In this document: positions 61,499-64,000 of the stretch, one piece after another
Numbering within the stretch: position 1 is the stretch's first letter
How the letters are laid out: each line of letters begins with the position of its first letter
Translations under genes and position numbers: made by a program
Source: Eledone cirrhosa
Lineage: Eukaryota
NCBI GenBank assembly: GCA_964016885.1
Contig: OZ024741.1
Span: forward strand, 412,796,001 to 412,860,000
Length of the DNA stretch: 64,000 nucleotides
Direction: 5' to 3'
Notes under the pieces: model-generated
Seen by the model: the letters and a program-made list of their open reading frames with translations, nothing else
The model's database searches: none
Told to the model about the DNA's origin: nothing

Positions 61499-63601
61499 GT
61501 GATAGTAACGAAGCTAGGATTAGAGAAATGCACACAACCTTATACCCCCCGACAACCAAGGTTCACATTGAAAGATCATAAGGAGGACTTTGCAAGTAGC
61601 CCCTCTGTCAGGCTCATTAGCCCCTCTAAATCTGACATAGGGATTATAAGTAAAAAAATACTAGATGAAGTCATACCGAAAGTTAAAGACAGGATTAGCC
61701 TGGACCTATGGGGAAACACTGCAGAAGTGATAAAGTGGTTCTCAAGCATTAGCAACTACAAATCACTACGCTTCATCCAGTTCGATATAGACTCCTACTA
61801 TACGTCTATATCCCCCATACTACTAAATAAGGCACTCATGATGGCAATGCGGACGGGCGGACTCGCTAGATCCCAGATTGACATAGTCCTTGCCGCTCGT
61901 AAAACAATTATCACATTTGAGGATGAATTGTGGACGCACAAGAACACTCGTAACAATTTCGACATCACTATGGGGTCTAGCGACTCAGCGCAGATGACAG
62001 ACCTCGTCGGATTGTACTTGCTCAAGGAGCTCAACGAGCAGCTCCCACACCTCAGAGGTGGGCTATACCGTGACGACGCATTGTTTACTGTGGACTTTAA
62101 ACGGCACAACCTAGAAAGAACTAGAAAGGACCTTTATATATTCTTCAAGAATTTTAACCTATCAATAACTATGGATAGAAATAGTAAGGTAGTCAACTTT
62201 CTAGATGCCACACTAGACCTAGATAAGTTAGAATATGCACCGTACCATAAACCTAACGAAAGGCTGACATATGTCAATGCCAGCTCCAACCACCCAGGCT
62301 CAGTCCTCAAAGCAATAGTTAAAGGAGTATCTAGTAGGATTAGTGGACTATCTAGCAGCGTGACCGCATTTGAAGCGAACGCGGAATATTACAATAAGGC
62401 GCTAGCTGGGTCAGGGCACAAAGATAAACTCCATTATGTTGAGACAGGCGGCACCACCCCGCCACCCCAACCCAGCACTGTAATCACGCACAATATGTCC
62501 ATGGGAGTTGGAAGGAGAGCTAGAAAGACGAATAGGGACAATAGGAAGTTAGATAAGAACAACAACACTCGCAACGCAGACACGGATAGGGCCCACACGC
62601 CTGGTAAGCGCTATGCCGCCCCGAGCAAGTCCAACAGTGAAAACGGGGGACAGAGGCCTAGGAGACTCGAGACCAACGCACATACCACTGGGAGCACAGC
62701 AACCACACCTGGTAGAACCCGTAATAATATAGACGAAGAGAGGGTAAGCAGCATAGGGGATAGGAAACGCAGTGGAAGGAATAGAAGACGTGATAGTACC
62801 TTCTTTAACCCGCCCTTCAACTCTAATGTTACTACAGACCTCCCCAAATCTGTTTTCTCTTTAATAGATAAGAACTTCCCCCCGGGTAGTAGGTACGGTA
62901 GTGTCATCAATAAGAATACTGTCAAGCTATCGTACTCTACAACCCCTAATCTGGCCTCACACCTAGCTAAGACCAATAAGAGTAAGATTAAAGAGGGACT
63001 TAAGGCCATCCGAAATAGTGAACCACGCCAGTACACACGACAACACGGGACCAACCCACTGAGTGAAAGACCCAGGGGGATAATAGGCAATAGAACCGGT
63101 TCCACTAGGCAGCCCCGCGGCCGCTTGGAGGGACATGCACCCCTGATTGAGGAGCATGACCCTACTAAAAAGTGTAATTGCAGAAGGAAGGACAAATGCC
63201 CACTAGCTGGACACTGCCTTATTAGGAACGTGGTATATGCTTGTAACGTAACCACAGGCACGTATACTAAGACGTATGTGGGATCAACCGCTAACGAGTT
63301 CAAGACGAGGTTCAACGCCCACCAGCATAGCTTCCGATATGAGAAGCTTAAAAATACCACGTCGTTAGCGGGGCATATACATAGCTTAAAACAAACAAAA
63401 ACCCCCTACACACTAAGCTGGAGATGCCTTACTAAAGCTCCTCCATATAGCTCGTTGAGCAGGTGTTGTAGCCTGTGCCTATCTGAATCTCATGCCATAG
63501 TATTCTCAGGACTCAACTTTCTCAACAGGAGATCAGAAATCTTCTCGTCCTGCCCCCATACCATACTTAGCTCTTTCTTTTTCTTCAGACCAGACACATA
63601 G
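61499..63601 (+). CDS. Penelope-like element RT plus GIY-YIG polyprotein (uninterrupted 700 aa; N-terminus probably missing)
   Basis: TLKDHK..VRLISPSKSDIG, FIQFDIDSYYTSI, FDITMGSSDSAQ, GGLYRDDA, SNHP, FFNPPF, CNCR..CPLAGHC, VVY..YVG, RFNAH, CSLCLSE, LN.RSE..CPH. The 3' UTR runs off the window. Confidence 0.92.
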   Translation: MIVTKLGLEKCTQPYTPRQPRFTLKDHKEDFASSPSVRLISPSKSDIGIISKKILDEVIPKVKDRISLDLWGNTAEVIKWFSSISNYKSLRFIQFDIDSYYTSISPILLNKALMMAMRTGGLARSQIDIVLAARKTIITFEDELWTHKNTRNNFDITMGSSDSAQMTDLVGLYLLKELNEQLPHLRGGLYRDDALFTVDFKRHNLERTRKDLYIFFKNFNLSITMDRNSKVVNFLDATLDLDKLEYAPYHKPNERLTYVNASSNHPGSVLKAIVKGVSSRISGLSSSVTAFEANAEYYNKALAGSGHKDKLHYVETGGTTPPPQPSTVITHNMSMGVGRRARKTNRDNRKLDKNNNTRNADTDRAHTPGKRYAAPSKSNSENGGQRPRRLETNAHTTGSTATTPGRTRNNIDEERVSSIGDRKRSGRNRRRDSTFFNPPFNSNVTTDLPKSVFSLIDKNFPPGSRYGSVINKNTVKLSYSTTPNLASHLAKTNKSKIKEGLKAIRNSEPRQYTRQHGTNPLSERPRGIIGNRTGSTRQPRGRLEGHAPLIEEHDPTKKCNCRRKDKCPLAGHCLIRNVVYACNVTTGTYTKTYVGSTANEFKTRFNAHQHSFRYEKLKNTTSLAGHIHSLKQTKTPYTLSWRCLTKAPPYSSLSRCCSLCLSESHAIVFSGLNFLNRRSEIFSSCPHTILSSFFFFRPDT

Positions 63602-64000
63602 CCCTGACACCACCCAGTCCTGCACTTGGCGGCCCCGCTGGCGAACAGGGTGCTCTTTAGTAACCCCGTCCGCATGGATGCCTCGGCTCCCCGATTGGCG
63701 ATGGGGACTCTGGTGAGGAACAGACGACCCTGTGTCCCACTTGCCAACCTGGGATTGGTGGCAACATTGTTGCTGGGAACCCCGGGGACAGCTGATGCCT
63801 GCGATGTAGGACATTGTGAGTGCCTGGAACCACGTTGACTAATCTGGGAAGGTGCCGTCGGAGATGTATGTCAACAAACTCGAGAACATGCTTAGGGAAA
63901 CAGTAACAAAACACCCAATATGGCGGCCGCTCCCTGCCTATAGCCACTCACCCCATCCCCTCCCTTAGTAAACCCCCGCCCAAATAGATGCCCTTCCCCA

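Noticed and set aside
61499-63601. Naiad-type or selenoprotein PLE
   Set aside because: The endonuclease is C-terminal and no in-frame TGA replaces conserved Cys.

Overview
This is eukaryotic repetitive DNA with no host gene, rRNA or CRISPR. The octopus-type (CAT)n/RTE tails, tRNA-derived SINE and huge (TA)n tracts suggest a cephalopod such as Octopus; this is inference. About half the window is degenerate (TA)n microsatellite, which explains all the 'YIYI' ORFs. Retroelements are inserted into it: CR1/L2-group LINEs, a near full-length RTE LINE, three bipartite RTE-derived non-autonomous elements, a SINE, and seven Penelope-like element (PLE) fragments. Main observation: by manual folding I find 26 type I hammerhead ribozyme (HHR) motifs in 7 sequence families. 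Five families lie in or next to PLE termini. Two lie in non-coding, highly structured tandem arrays (466-bp x about 12.4; 591-bp at two loci) that resemble retrozymes. These arrays share the PLE-type two-armed inverted insertion structure and end at TA microhomology with the microsatellite, suggesting PLE-mobilised multimeric or circular RNA replicons. Three HHR families have a compensatory U3:A8 core, and one of them also has GCAA in place of GAAA. The RTE 5' end carries tandem ERSE-II/UPRE-II-like motifs.
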